A stretch of 64,000 bases of DNA from Alphaproteobacteria bacterium (GTDB lineage Bacteria > Pseudomonadota > Alphaproteobacteria > CAAHEQ01 > UBA3637). The notes below the pieces were generated by a model that saw nothing but the letters and a program-made list of their open reading frames with translations, did no database searches and was not told the DNA's origin. Within the stretch, counting starts at the first letter, position 1, and every line of letters begins with the position of its first letter. A program made the translations under genes and the position numbers. Shown here in pieces: positions 9,060-18,869 of the stretch. The DNA lies in contig JAFPYS010000016.1 in NCBI GenBank assembly GCA_017412085.1, forward strand, positions 1,720 to 65,719, written 5' to 3'.

Positions 9060-10028
9060 ATGGCAACAAAAAAACAAGTCTTTTCGCAAAAAATCTCTGT
9101 CGCTCCTATGCTTGATTGGACAGACAGACATTTCCGTTACTTTATGAGGCTTATCACTCATCACGCAACCCTTTATACCGAAATGATTGCGACCCCGGCT
9201 CTGATTCTTGGCAACAAAGACCAGCTATTGCAATACAATCATGAAGAACATCCCGTTATTTTACAAATTGGCGGATCCGATCCAAAACAAATGGCATTGT
9301 GTGCAAAAATGGCCGCCGATTATGGATATGATGGCATCAATATCAATGCGGGCTGCCCCAGTTCGCGCGTACAATCAGGCCGCTTTGGCGCGATTCTTAT
9401 GAAAACGCCGGAATTAGTTGCCGATTGTGTAGAAAAAATGAAGGCGGCCTCCAGCTTACCCGTTTCCGTCAAAACCCGCATCGCTTTGGAAAGCAATCAA
9501 GACGGTTTTGAATCTTTATTTCATTTCGCGGATTTGGTTAAAAAAGCCGGCTGTGACCATTTGATTGTGCATGCCAGAAAAGCCAAATTGAATTGGTCGC
9601 CAGAAGATAATCGCAAACGCCTTCCTCTAGATTACGAAACAGTTTATCGCCTGAAAAAATCCTTTCCGGATATGCCCATTTCTATCAATGGGAACGTGCT
9701 GACTTTAGATGCCGCCGCAGAACACCTAAACCACGTGGACGGCGTCATGATTGGCCGTGTGGCCTATGGCAATCCTTATCTGATGAGCGAGGTTGATAAA
9801 CGCTTTTATGGAGATAAACGTCCCCTGCTTTCACGCACCCAAATTTTGGAACAAATGATTCCTTATTTAGAAAAAAATCAGCAGCATTTAAACGTTATCT
9901 TGCCACATCTGATGGGGTTGTTTCACGGCACGCCAGTGTCAAAATCATACAAACAGACCCTGAACCGCAAAAATTTGCAAGATGTTATTTCTTTTTTGTC
10001 CGATTTGAAGGGGTCACAATCCCTGTAG
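9060..10028 (+). CDS. dusA: tRNA-dihydrouridine synthase A
   Basis: 322 aa. ISVAPMLDWTDRHFRYF signature and a TIM-barrel Dus core. Confidence 0.9.
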   Translation: MATKKQVFSQKISVAPMLDWTDRHFRYFMRLITHHATLYTEMIATPALILGNKDQLLQYNHEEHPVILQIGGSDPKQMALCAKMAADYGYDGININAGCPSSRVQSGRFGAILMKTPELVADCVEKMKAASSLPVSVKTRIALESNQDGFESLFHFADLVKKAGCDHLIVHARKAKLNWSPEDNRKRLPLDYETVYRLKKSFPDMPISINGNVLTLDAAAEHLNHVDGVMIGRVAYGNPYLMSEVDKRFYGDKRPLLSRTQILEQMIPYLEKNQQHLNVILPHLMGLFHGTPVSKSYKQTLNRKNLQDVISFLSDLKGSQSL

Positions 10029-10623
10029 AAACAACCAATTTAAAGGCGTCATCCACGCGCATATCCAGCTCTTTTACCTCTTTTTTAGGCACATATAACA
10101 TAAAACCGGATGTCGGGTTGGGCGTTGTCGGCACATAGACTGTCACCATATCGTTTGGCAGCATTTTCTTAAAGCCCTCATAAACCGGCGCAGTCAAAAA
10201 AGCCACTGTCCAAACACCCTTGCGCGGATATTCCACAAGAACGGCCTTCCTAAAAGCGGCCGTGTTTCCTTGCCCCAGCAATGTTTCAAACAATTTTTTA
10301 AGTGCTGAATAAACGCCAGAAATAACGGGAATTTTGGCAATAATCTTTTGGCCTAATCCCATCAACCAACGACCAAAAATATTCACCGCCAACATTCCAA
10401 TTAAGATAAGTGCCAACACCAAGACTAATACACCCAAGCCAGGTAAACCATAAGGCAGATATGTCTCTGGATTATATTTTGCGGGGATAAAATGCGTGAC
10501 AGAAGAATCCACCCACTTAAACAATTCCACCGCTAAATACAAAGTAATTGCAATCGGCGCCGTTACTAAAATACCAGTAAAGAAATAAGTTTTTAATGTA
10601 TGCTTTGCCTTTTCGTGTGTCAT
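9985..10623 (-). CDS. DUF502 family membrane protein
   Basis: Start at MTHEKAK (AAGGAG RBS). TM helices plus the VLVEYPRKGVWTVAF motif. Its 3' end overlaps the dusA 3' end by 44 nt (convergent). Confidence 0.75.
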   Translation of the reverse strand: MTHEKAKHTLKTYFFTGILVTAPIAITLYLAVELFKWVDSSVTHFIPAKYNPETYLPYGLPGLGVLVLVLALILIGMLAVNIFGRWLMGLGQKIIAKIPVISGVYSALKKLFETLLGQGNTAAFRKAVLVEYPRKGVWTVAFLTAPVYEGFKKMLPNDMVTVYVPTTPNPTSGFMLYVPKKEVKELDMRVDDAFKLVVSTGIVTPSNRTKKK

Positions 10624-10709
10624 TGTGATCTCCTTTCTCACTCTGACAAGCAGAATAACCCAACGGAATAGAAAAGTAAAGAAAAATAAATCTATTTTCA
10701 TTTTTCCAC

Positions 10710-10738
10710 TTGACAATGGATCCAAAATCGTGTATAAA
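10710..10738 (+). promoter_or_regulatory. promoter for rplU-rpmA
   Basis: TTGACA, 17 nt spacer, TATAAA. Confidence 0.7.
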
Positions 10739-10773
10739 TATTGTCACTTTTAATTTTAACAAAGGGAAGAAAG

Positions 10774-11073
10774 ATGTTTGCAATTATTAAAACTGGCGGA
10801 AAGCAATACCGCGTCAAGAAGGATGATGTCCTCTTGGTTGAAAAGATTGAAGGCAAAGATGGCTCTAAGATTTCTTTTGATGAAGTGTTGGCTGTGGGCG
10901 ACAAAGTTGGCACCCCAACCGTAAAGGGCGCTTCTGTGGACGCCGAAATCGTGAAGCAAGCTCGCGGCGAAAAGGTGATCGTGTTCAAAAAAATTCGTCG
11001 TCATGGCTACAAACGCAAGAATGGTCATAAGCAAGATTTGACCTTAGTCAAGATTGTTGATATTAAAGCATAA
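10774..11073 (+). CDS. rplU: 50S ribosomal protein L21
   Basis: MFAIIKTGGKQYRV start, with a GGGAAGAAAG RBS. Confidence 0.95.
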   Translation: MFAIIKTGGKQYRVKKDDVLLVEKIEGKDGSKISFDEVLAVGDKVGTPTVKGASVDAEIVKQARGEKVIVFKKIRRHGYKRKNGHKQDLTLVKIVDIKA

Positions 11074-11083
11074 GGAGTAACAG

Positions 11084-12420
<1,337 letters not shown>

Positions 12421-12423
12421 TCC

Positions 12424-12452
12424 TTGACACACATAAAAGATAATGCTATAAA
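12424..12452 (+). promoter_or_regulatory. promoter for the small cysteine-rich secreted protein
   Basis: TTGACA, 17 nt spacer, TATAAA. Confidence 0.7.
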
Positions 12453-12485
12453 CAATGCAGGTTAGCTTGTTTATGGAGTTTTACT

Positions 12486-13187
12486 ATGAAACAATTCCTT
12501 TTGGTATCTACTTTATTGTTAACATCTGCGTCCGCTTTTGCCTTCGGCGGCAATTTTCGGACAAAGGCCACACGTTCCGACTTTGGCGTCACTAGTGTTG
12601 GTATTCACTATGGCGGAAAAAATCAAGCCGATGTTGACTTTGAGTGCAATGGCAAACACGAAAAGAAAGATATCTATGGTATTTGCACCTGTGAAGCCGG
12701 ATACAGAAAAGAAAACAATGTTTGTGTGGAAGATATATGTGAAACAGATGACGAGTGTCAAGAGGGTGTTTGTGTTGATAAGACTTGTCACTCCTATAAT
12801 TATTGTGTTGAAACAGATTCCAACGGATACTGTTTAAAATGGCAATACTGTGCTTATGAATCTAGTGGTAATAAGATTTTAGGTATACCCAACGCAGATG
12901 GCGGCTGTGCGGCAACTGAAAATCATCGCGTTGTTTGTTTAGATACCAATCCCTCTGGTGTTTGTGATTCTTGGATTGAACCCTGCTTAAAAAATGATGA
13001 ATATCATGAAATCATTGGTACCCCAATGGCGCGCAGTTTTTGTTGTGATTCCGGGCACGCGTTCTGTGCTTATACAAATGACAAAGGACAATGTACCTAT
13101 TGGAATTGCTGCAACACAACAGACCACACGGGCAGCACCATAGTTGGTATAAAAAATGCCCAAGGATCGTGCAACAACGGATTCTAA
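12486..13187 (+). CDS. secreted cysteine-rich protein, paralog of the N-terminus of the 52419-55406 product
   Basis: 233 aa. Signal peptide ending SAFAFGG, an EGF-like C.C..GY..EN..C unit, then three Cys/Trp repeats. Confidence 0.8.
   Translation: MKQFLLVSTLLLTSASAFAFGGNFRTKATRSDFGVTSVGIHYGGKNQADVDFECNGKHEKKDIYGICTCEAGYRKENNVCVEDICETDDECQEGVCVDKTCHSYNYCVETDSNGYCLKWQYCAYESSGNKILGIPNADGGCAATENHRVVCLDTNPSGVCDSWIEPCLKNDEYHEIIGTPMARSFCCDSGHAFCAYTNDKGQCTYWNCCNTTDHTGSTIVGIKNAQGSCNNGF
12801..13172 (+). repeat. three tandem ~37-aa protein repeats within the 12486 CDS
   Basis: The units are YCVETDSNGYCLKWQYC..GNKILGIPNADGGC, VCLDTNPSGVCDSWIEPC..HEIIGTPMARSFC and FCAYTNDKGQCTYWNCC..GSTIVGIKNAQGSC. Confidence 0.75.
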
Positions 13188-13375
13188 CGAAAATATATTG
13201 AAATGTAAAATTTCACTACAACATACTCCCGGTGAGTAATCCGTATTTGTTTTTCGCACAAAACGTAACCAGGCACTCCCAATGCAAACGGCACATGCCA
13301 ATAAATGTAAATCACAATTTTCCCCTTGATTTTTTGCTGGGTTTGGTATAGACTGTCTTTATCAAAGGAGAAAGC

Positions 13376-13984
13376 ATGCAATCTATTCAAGTGTATCAGG
13401 GGGATATACCCGCGAATATTAAGTGGCCAAAGATGATCGCCATCGACACAGAGACAACTGGATTGGATGTTGTGAAGGATCGTCTATGCCTTGTTCAAAT
13501 CGGCGATGGCAAAGGAAATGCTTGGCTAGTTCAAATTAGAAAGGGTGCGAAATACCCCAACCTCAAAAAATTATTGACCAATCCAAAGATTTTAAAGATT
13601 TTCCATTTTGCCCGTTTTGATGCAGCAAAACTAAAGGTGGCCTTTGGCATTGAGGTGTCTCCAATTTATTGCACAAAAATCGCCCATAAATTAGTATGGC
13701 CAAATAAGAAACATTCTTTGAAAAACCTATGCGAAGATATGTTGCACATTACATTGGACAAGGAACAACAATGTTCCGATTGGACACGCAAAAATTTGTC
13801 CGAAGAACAAATTCGCTATGCCGCCAACGATGTTATGTATCTGCATGCCTTAAAAGCCATTTTGGACAAGGAATTGAAAAAGAAAAAACGTGAAAGTTTG
13901 GCCGCCGCTTGTTTTCAATTTTTAAATACACGCGCCGAATTGGATATTTTAGGTTACGAAGAACCAGATTTATTTCACCATTGA
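13376..13984 (+). CDS. rnd: 3'-5' exonuclease, short RNase D-like (DEDDy)
   Basis: 202 aa. IAIDTETTGL (ExoI), HFARFD (ExoII), YAANDVMYL (ExoIII). Confidence 0.8.
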   Translation: MQSIQVYQGDIPANIKWPKMIAIDTETTGLDVVKDRLCLVQIGDGKGNAWLVQIRKGAKYPNLKKLLTNPKILKIFHFARFDAAKLKVAFGIEVSPIYCTKIAHKLVWPNKKHSLKNLCEDMLHITLDKEQQCSDWTRKNLSEEQIRYAANDVMYLHALKAILDKELKKKKRESLAAACFQFLNTRAELDILGYEEPDLFHH

Positions 13985-13996
13985 TAAGGAGATCAA

Positions 13997-14968
13997 ATGA
14001 CACCAGAAGAGATTAAGAAATCAGCTCAACACACTTTGGCTTGCGAAAAAGCTGTGTTGGATATGATGCAACAACGGATGGATGATGCTTTCGTTACTGT
14101 TGCTGATAAAATTTTACATCTTACTGGACGTGTCATTGTAACTGGCATGGGCAAACCCGGGCATATCGGCAAGAAGATTGCCGCTTCCTTAGCCAGCACT
14201 GGCACCCCTGCTTTTTTTGTGCACCCCGCCGAAGCCAGCCATGGCGACTTGGGTATGATTACAAAAAATGACCTTGTCCTTGCGCTTTCCAATTCCGGCG
14301 AAAGTAAAGAATTATTTGATATTGTCAATTATTGTAAACGTTTTGCCATTCCTTTGGTGGCCATTACCAGCGCGCCGGACAGCACCCTTGGCAAAGCCGC
14401 CGATTACATTTTACAAATTCCAAACAAACAAGAAGCCCCCGAGGCGTGTCCATTTAATATGGCCCCCACAACATCCATGATTGCAACTTTGGCGATGGGA
14501 GATGCGTTAACTGTTGCCTTGATGAACATGCGCGGCTTCACAAAAGAACTCTATCATGATCGTCACCCCGGTGGAAAATTGGGCAATGTCCTTGTCAAGG
14601 TCAAAGATATTATGGCAAAAGACGATGCTTTACCGGTTGTTCCAGATACGATGAAGATGGCGGATGCCCTGATGGTTATGTCAAAGAAAATGCTTGGTTG
14701 TATTGGCATTTTGGATGCCGATGGACATTTGGCCGGCATGATTACCGATGGTGACTTACGGCGCCACATGAGTCCGGATTTGATGACAAAATCTGTAACA
14801 GATGTGATGAATCCAAATCCAACAACCATTTCTGGCGATATTTTGGGTTCTGAGGCTTTAAATATCATGAACACCAAAAAAATTACAAACATTTTTGTCG
14901 TAGATGCTGATAATAAACCTCTTGGATTAATTCATATGCATCATTTGTTGCAAGCGGGAGTTGCCTAG
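13997..14968 (+). CDS. kdsD: arabinose-5-phosphate isomerase (KpsF/GutQ/KdsD family)
   Basis: SIS domain (VTGMGKPGHIGKKIAASLASTGTPAFF) plus tandem CBS domains. Confidence 0.9.
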   Translation: MTPEEIKKSAQHTLACEKAVLDMMQQRMDDAFVTVADKILHLTGRVIVTGMGKPGHIGKKIAASLASTGTPAFFVHPAEASHGDLGMITKNDLVLALSNSGESKELFDIVNYCKRFAIPLVAITSAPDSTLGKAADYILQIPNKQEAPEACPFNMAPTTSMIATLAMGDALTVALMNMRGFTKELYHDRHPGGKLGNVLVKVKDIMAKDDALPVVPDTMKMADALMVMSKKMLGCIGILDADGHLAGMITDGDLRRHMSPDLMTKSVTDVMNPNPTTISGDILGSEALNIMNTKKITNIFVVDADNKPLGLIHMHHLLQAGVA

Positions 14969-14970
14969 AC

Positions 14971-15984
14971 ATGTTTACCAAGCGGTCTTTATTTTTAAAA
15001 AAGCATGCTCGACGCGTTTTAATTTTTAAACATGCGCTTCCTGTTTTTGCTTTTTTATTGACCGGTCTTATTATTGTGTGGCCTCTTTTAACGCCAGAGA
15101 AGGAACGTTTTGATCTGCCCATTCAAAAATCCGATATTAAAACACCGTCTGTTGATATGGAAAATGTCCGTTTTCACGCCCAAGATGACAAAAATCGTAC
15201 GGTTACTGTAACGGCCGAATCCGTCAAAGAAATTCAACCCGAAGGACAAGTTGCACGCTTGGAAAAACCAATTGGCGTTTATACTTTGGCTGATGGAGAT
15301 ATCTTAACCAACAAAACCACCTATGGATTGGCCTATCAAACAGATAAATATTTTTTGTTTAACCAGCCCATAACAACTACCAGCAAGTCTGGCTATATTG
15401 CACACAGTCAACACGTTAAAGCAACCTACGATGGCGTTTTGGATTCTGATTATCCTGTAGACATCAAAGGACCCGCTGGCACATTAAATGCCCACGGCAT
15501 GCATTTGGAAGACAAAGGAAACCTGATCGATTTTAAAGGAAAAACTAACAGCAAAATTAATTTAAAACAAGGCAAAATGACTGTACGCACTGCCGATGGA
15601 TTATATATCAACCGCGTTCACAAAACAGTAACTGGCAAAAAAAATGTTTACATCAAACATGAAGAAAATACCTTGACAGCCGATAAGGTTATCCTCTATT
15701 ATACGGAAGATAAAAACAACAGAATCCAACGTATTGATGCAATGGGCCATGTTGTGTTAGATAATGGTAAAAACAAAATAACAGGAGATCAAGGAACTTA
15801 TAATCCTTTGACAGAAGTAATGGAAATGACAGGTAATGTGCGTTTATATCAAGGAAAGAGTTTTGTTGTCGGCGAAAAAGCCACATTAAACATGAAAACT
15901 GGAGAAAGTCATTTGCTGACAAAAGAACAAAAAGGACGAATTAAAGGAACATTAGACCCAACTGATTTAAAGGACAGAAAATGA
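14971..15984 (+). CDS. LptC-LptA fusion-like LPS export protein
   Basis: 337 aa in one frame. N-terminal TM anchor plus an LptC-like ~200 aa, then an OstA_N/LptA-like ~135 aa (ADKVILYY...GHVVLDNGKNKITGDQGTYNP...MTGNVRLYQG). There is no internal signal peptide and no separate lptA before lptB. Confidence 0.65.
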   Translation: MFTKRSLFLKKHARRVLIFKHALPVFAFLLTGLIIVWPLLTPEKERFDLPIQKSDIKTPSVDMENVRFHAQDDKNRTVTVTAESVKEIQPEGQVARLEKPIGVYTLADGDILTNKTTYGLAYQTDKYFLFNQPITTTSKSGYIAHSQHVKATYDGVLDSDYPVDIKGPAGTLNAHGMHLEDKGNLIDFKGKTNSKINLKQGKMTVRTADGLYINRVHKTVTGKKNVYIKHEENTLTADKVILYYTEDKNNRIQRIDAMGHVVLDNGKNKITGDQGTYNPLTEVMEMTGNVRLYQGKSFVVGEKATLNMKTGESHLLTKEQKGRIKGTLDPTDLKDRK

Positions 15985-16715
15985 TTAAAGAAGAAGGCGG
16001 ATTAGTTGTTACAAGTTTAAGCAAAAGCTATAAAAGACGCACCGTTTTAAAGGATGTATCCTTGAACGTCAAGCGGGGCGAAGCTGTGGGCTTACTTGGA
16101 CCAAACGGCGCCGGTAAAACGACTTGCTTTTATTGCATTACAGGATTAATTGCTCCCACACATGGCTCTATTAGTTTAGATGGGACAAACATTACACGCT
16201 TTCCTGTTTATCGTCGGGCGCGGATGTGGATTGGCTATTTACCTCAAGAAGCTTCTATTTTCCGCGGATTAAATGTAGAAGACAATATTCGGGCCGTGCT
16301 AGAATTGGTTGAACCAGACAAAGATAAGCGCGAACAGGAACTGGATACATTATTAAAAGAATTTGCGATTGAGCATTTACGCTTTTCGCCCTCGCGTGCT
16401 TTGTCCGGTGGTGAAAGAAGGCGTTTGGAAATTGCCAGAGCTTTGGCCGGTCGTCCCTCCTTCGTTTTGCTGGATGAACCATTGGCCGGTATTGACCCAA
16501 TCGCCGTCGCTGACATTAAGGAATTGGTGGGACAATTGAAGCATCGTGGTATTGGCGTTTTGATTACAGATCACAACGTGCGTGAAACATTAAGCATTAT
16601 AGATCGTGCCTATATTTTACATGATGGCGTTGTATTAAAACAAGGCGCACCAAATGAAATTATCAAAGACGAAAAAGTGCGTAAAACATATTTAGGTAAG
16701 GACTTTTCGCTGTAA
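15981..16715 (+). CDS. lptB: LPS export ABC transporter ATPase LptB
   Basis: GPNGAGKTT, LSGGERRRLEIARAL, LLDEP. ATGA overlap with the upstream gene. Confidence 0.92.
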   Translation: MIKEEGGLVVTSLSKSYKRRTVLKDVSLNVKRGEAVGLLGPNGAGKTTCFYCITGLIAPTHGSISLDGTNITRFPVYRRARMWIGYLPQEASIFRGLNVEDNIRAVLELVEPDKDKREQELDTLLKEFAIEHLRFSPSRALSGGERRRLEIARALAGRPSFVLLDEPLAGIDPIAVADIKELVGQLKHRGIGVLITDHNVRETLSIIDRAYILHDGVVLKQGAPNEIIKDEKVRKTYLGKDFSL

Positions 16716-16735
16716 AGTTTAAAAAGGGGGAGAAC

Positions 16736-17824
16736 ATGAAAAAACAAATTAAAAGAATTGGTGTTCTGACAAATGGTGGAGATTGCTCCGGCCTGAATGC
16801 AGCCATCCGAGCTGTGACATTTGCTGCTATCGCAAGAGGCTGGGAAGTATATGGTATTCATAATGGCTCTAACGGCCTTATAGTACGTCCAATGGAATAT
16901 GAACATTTGACACTATCTAGTTTTGAATTCCCCTTTGCCACAATGGGTGGAACGATGTTGGGGACGAATAATAGTCCAATTATGGTCCATGATAGCGGAC
17001 GCCGTGAAAAAATTGATGAAGTAACGATTAAAGCTCGCTTTAAAGAAGGCGTTGAAAAATTAAAATTAGATGCATTAATCGTTATTGGTGGTGATGTTTC
17101 TATTCCTATTATCGCAGGTTTATGTAAGCATGCTAAAATCGCCATGATTGGCATTCCAAAAACAATTGACAACGATGCCCCTGGCACAGACTTATCCATT
17201 GGTTTTTCAACAGCTCGAGAAGTAGTAACGGATGCCATGGATAAATTGGATACCACAGCCGCCAGTCACCATCGTGTGATGTTGGTGGAAGTTATGGGGC
17301 GCACTGCTGGACATTTAGCTTTACAGTCCGCCATTACGGGTTTTGCCGATGCTGTTTTAATTCCGGAAATCCCCTACTCGTATCCGAACCTTGTCAAACA
17401 CTTGCGATCCGCCCAAAGAAAGGGGCGTGGGCACGCTTTGGTCGTTATTGCAGAAGGCATTAAGCGCCCAGATGGACAATATTCTATGATTAATAATGGA
17501 TTAAACTTTAACGGCGTTTCCCAATATTTTGAACAATGCTTAAAAAAAGATGGATTCGAGGTGCGCACAAATATCCTAGGTCATATTCAGCGTTCCGGAA
17601 ACCCTGTTGCCGCAGATCGCCTGTTGGCTTCGGCATTTGGAGTCCGCGCCACAGAGTTATTGGCTCGTGGTAAAACAAACCGCGTTGTGGTACATCGAGC
17701 AGGATCGGTAACGGATATTTCATTACGTGAAAGTATTAAATTAGGTACGACAGGTGTCAATCCAAAGGGAGAAATTGTTCGCACGGCAAGAGCCCTTGGT
17801 ATTTATGTGGGCGAAATTAAATAA
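16736..17824 (+). CDS. pfkA: 6-phosphofructokinase, PfkA family (phosphoryl donor uncertain)
   Basis: IGVLTNGGDCSGLNAAIR, GGDVS, PKTIDND, MGR. Residues at the donor-specificity positions are Val and Lys. Confidence 0.85.
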   Translation: MKKQIKRIGVLTNGGDCSGLNAAIRAVTFAAIARGWEVYGIHNGSNGLIVRPMEYEHLTLSSFEFPFATMGGTMLGTNNSPIMVHDSGRREKIDEVTIKARFKEGVEKLKLDALIVIGGDVSIPIIAGLCKHAKIAMIGIPKTIDNDAPGTDLSIGFSTAREVVTDAMDKLDTTAASHHRVMLVEVMGRTAGHLALQSAITGFADAVLIPEIPYSYPNLVKHLRSAQRKGRGHALVVIAEGIKRPDGQYSMINNGLNFNGVSQYFEQCLKKDGFEVRTNILGHIQRSGNPVAADRLLASAFGVRATELLARGKTNRVVVHRAGSVTDISLRESIKLGTTGVNPKGEIVRTARALGIYVGEIK

Positions 17825-18739
17825 TCACTGATGTCTCAAACGCCACAAACGAAAACGTGTTTTCCATGTTAATTGTTTAAGACTCACGATATGGTCCGAA
17901 AACAAACGATCTATTTGCGGCAACAGATGCGCAGTCAATTCCTTGTTCCAAGCATGGTATACCTTATTTACCAACATCTTTATTGCAACGGCCATCCGCT
18001 TTTGTACAATGGCTAATCTATCTGTTTTATAAAATTGACGATATATCATCCTCACCCCTTCAATATAGCTATCTATTTTCATCGTTGAAAAAAATGTATG
18101 AGTTGTACTCTGTTCATTTCGACGATAAATATAGCAAGGAATGTTAGTTGTCGCATATCGATCAACCAATGAAAACAACATTGTCGCCACCGGCCAATCC
18201 TCAAACACCATTCCCTTTGAAAAACGCTGTTTTTTAAACAAACGAACATCAAATAGCTTATTTGTGACCGAAGAAAAAATTTTGGAATCTCGCACAAAAT
18301 CAGCCAATCCATTTGTCCAAACAACATAATCTTTATCACTTGGTCGCATCAGCGACTGAACGTCTTGCACCTCATCTCTCAAAAACACACGACTTGACGC
18401 AATTTGCACATTCGTTTTTTGAACAATATCGTACAACACCTGTAACGCGTAGCTAGGTAGCATATCATCCGAATCCAAAAAGGCAATCCATCCACTTTTT
18501 GCATTCTCAATACCCACATTACGTGCAACAGAAATACCTTGATTAGATTGGGTAATAATTTTAATGCGTCGATCTTTTAATGCATACTTTTTCAAAATTG
18601 CCGCTGAATCATCCTGACTGCCATCGTTGACACAAATAATTTCAATATCTTTAAAGGTTTGTCCAAGCACAGAATCCAAACACTTTTCTAGATATTTCTC
18701 CGTGTTATAAATGGGAACAATAACTGATATCTTTGGCAT
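17825..18739 (-). CDS. glycosyltransferase family 2
   Basis: ISVIVPIYNTEKYL...ICVNDGSQDDS...LDSDD pattern. Confidence 0.85.
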   Translation of the reverse strand: MPKISVIVPIYNTEKYLEKCLDSVLGQTFKDIEIICVNDGSQDDSAAILKKYALKDRRIKIITQSNQGISVARNVGIENAKSGWIAFLDSDDMLPSYALQVLYDIVQKTNVQIASSRVFLRDEVQDVQSLMRPSDKDYVVWTNGLADFVRDSKIFSSVTNKLFDVRLFKKQRFSKGMVFEDWPVATMLFSLVDRYATTNIPCYIYRRNEQSTTHTFFSTMKIDSYIEGVRMIYRQFYKTDRLAIVQKRMAVAIKMLVNKVYHAWNKELTAHLLPQIDRLFSDHIVSLKQLTWKTRFRLWRLRHQ

Positions 18740-18813
18740 AAAAATCCTTTCTTATTTTGTAAGATAAAGCCTAATCTATTTTATATTCCTTGTCAAGTTG
18801 TATCAGATTTTTC

Positions 18814-18842
18814 TTGAATAGCGCTCAAAAATTTGCTATACT
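18814..18842 (+). promoter_or_regulatory. promoter for pta-ackA
   Basis: TTGAAT, 17 nt spacer, TATACT. Confidence 0.55.
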
Positions 18843-18869
18843 TTCTCCAATCTTTTGAAAGGACAAAAA

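Noticed and set aside
13188-13375. 188-nt intergenic region after the small Cys-rich gene, as a possible sRNA or small ORF (13184-13390 minus)
   Set aside because: I could identify no promoter-terminator pair and no convincing hairpin, and the ORF lacks an RBS. Left unannotated.
14971-15984. Possibility that the LptC-LptA ORF is two genes, or a frameshifted pseudogene
   Set aside because: I found no in-frame stop, no internal RBS plus start, and no signal peptide at the junction. The frame is continuous, so it is reported as a fusion pending read-level confirmation.
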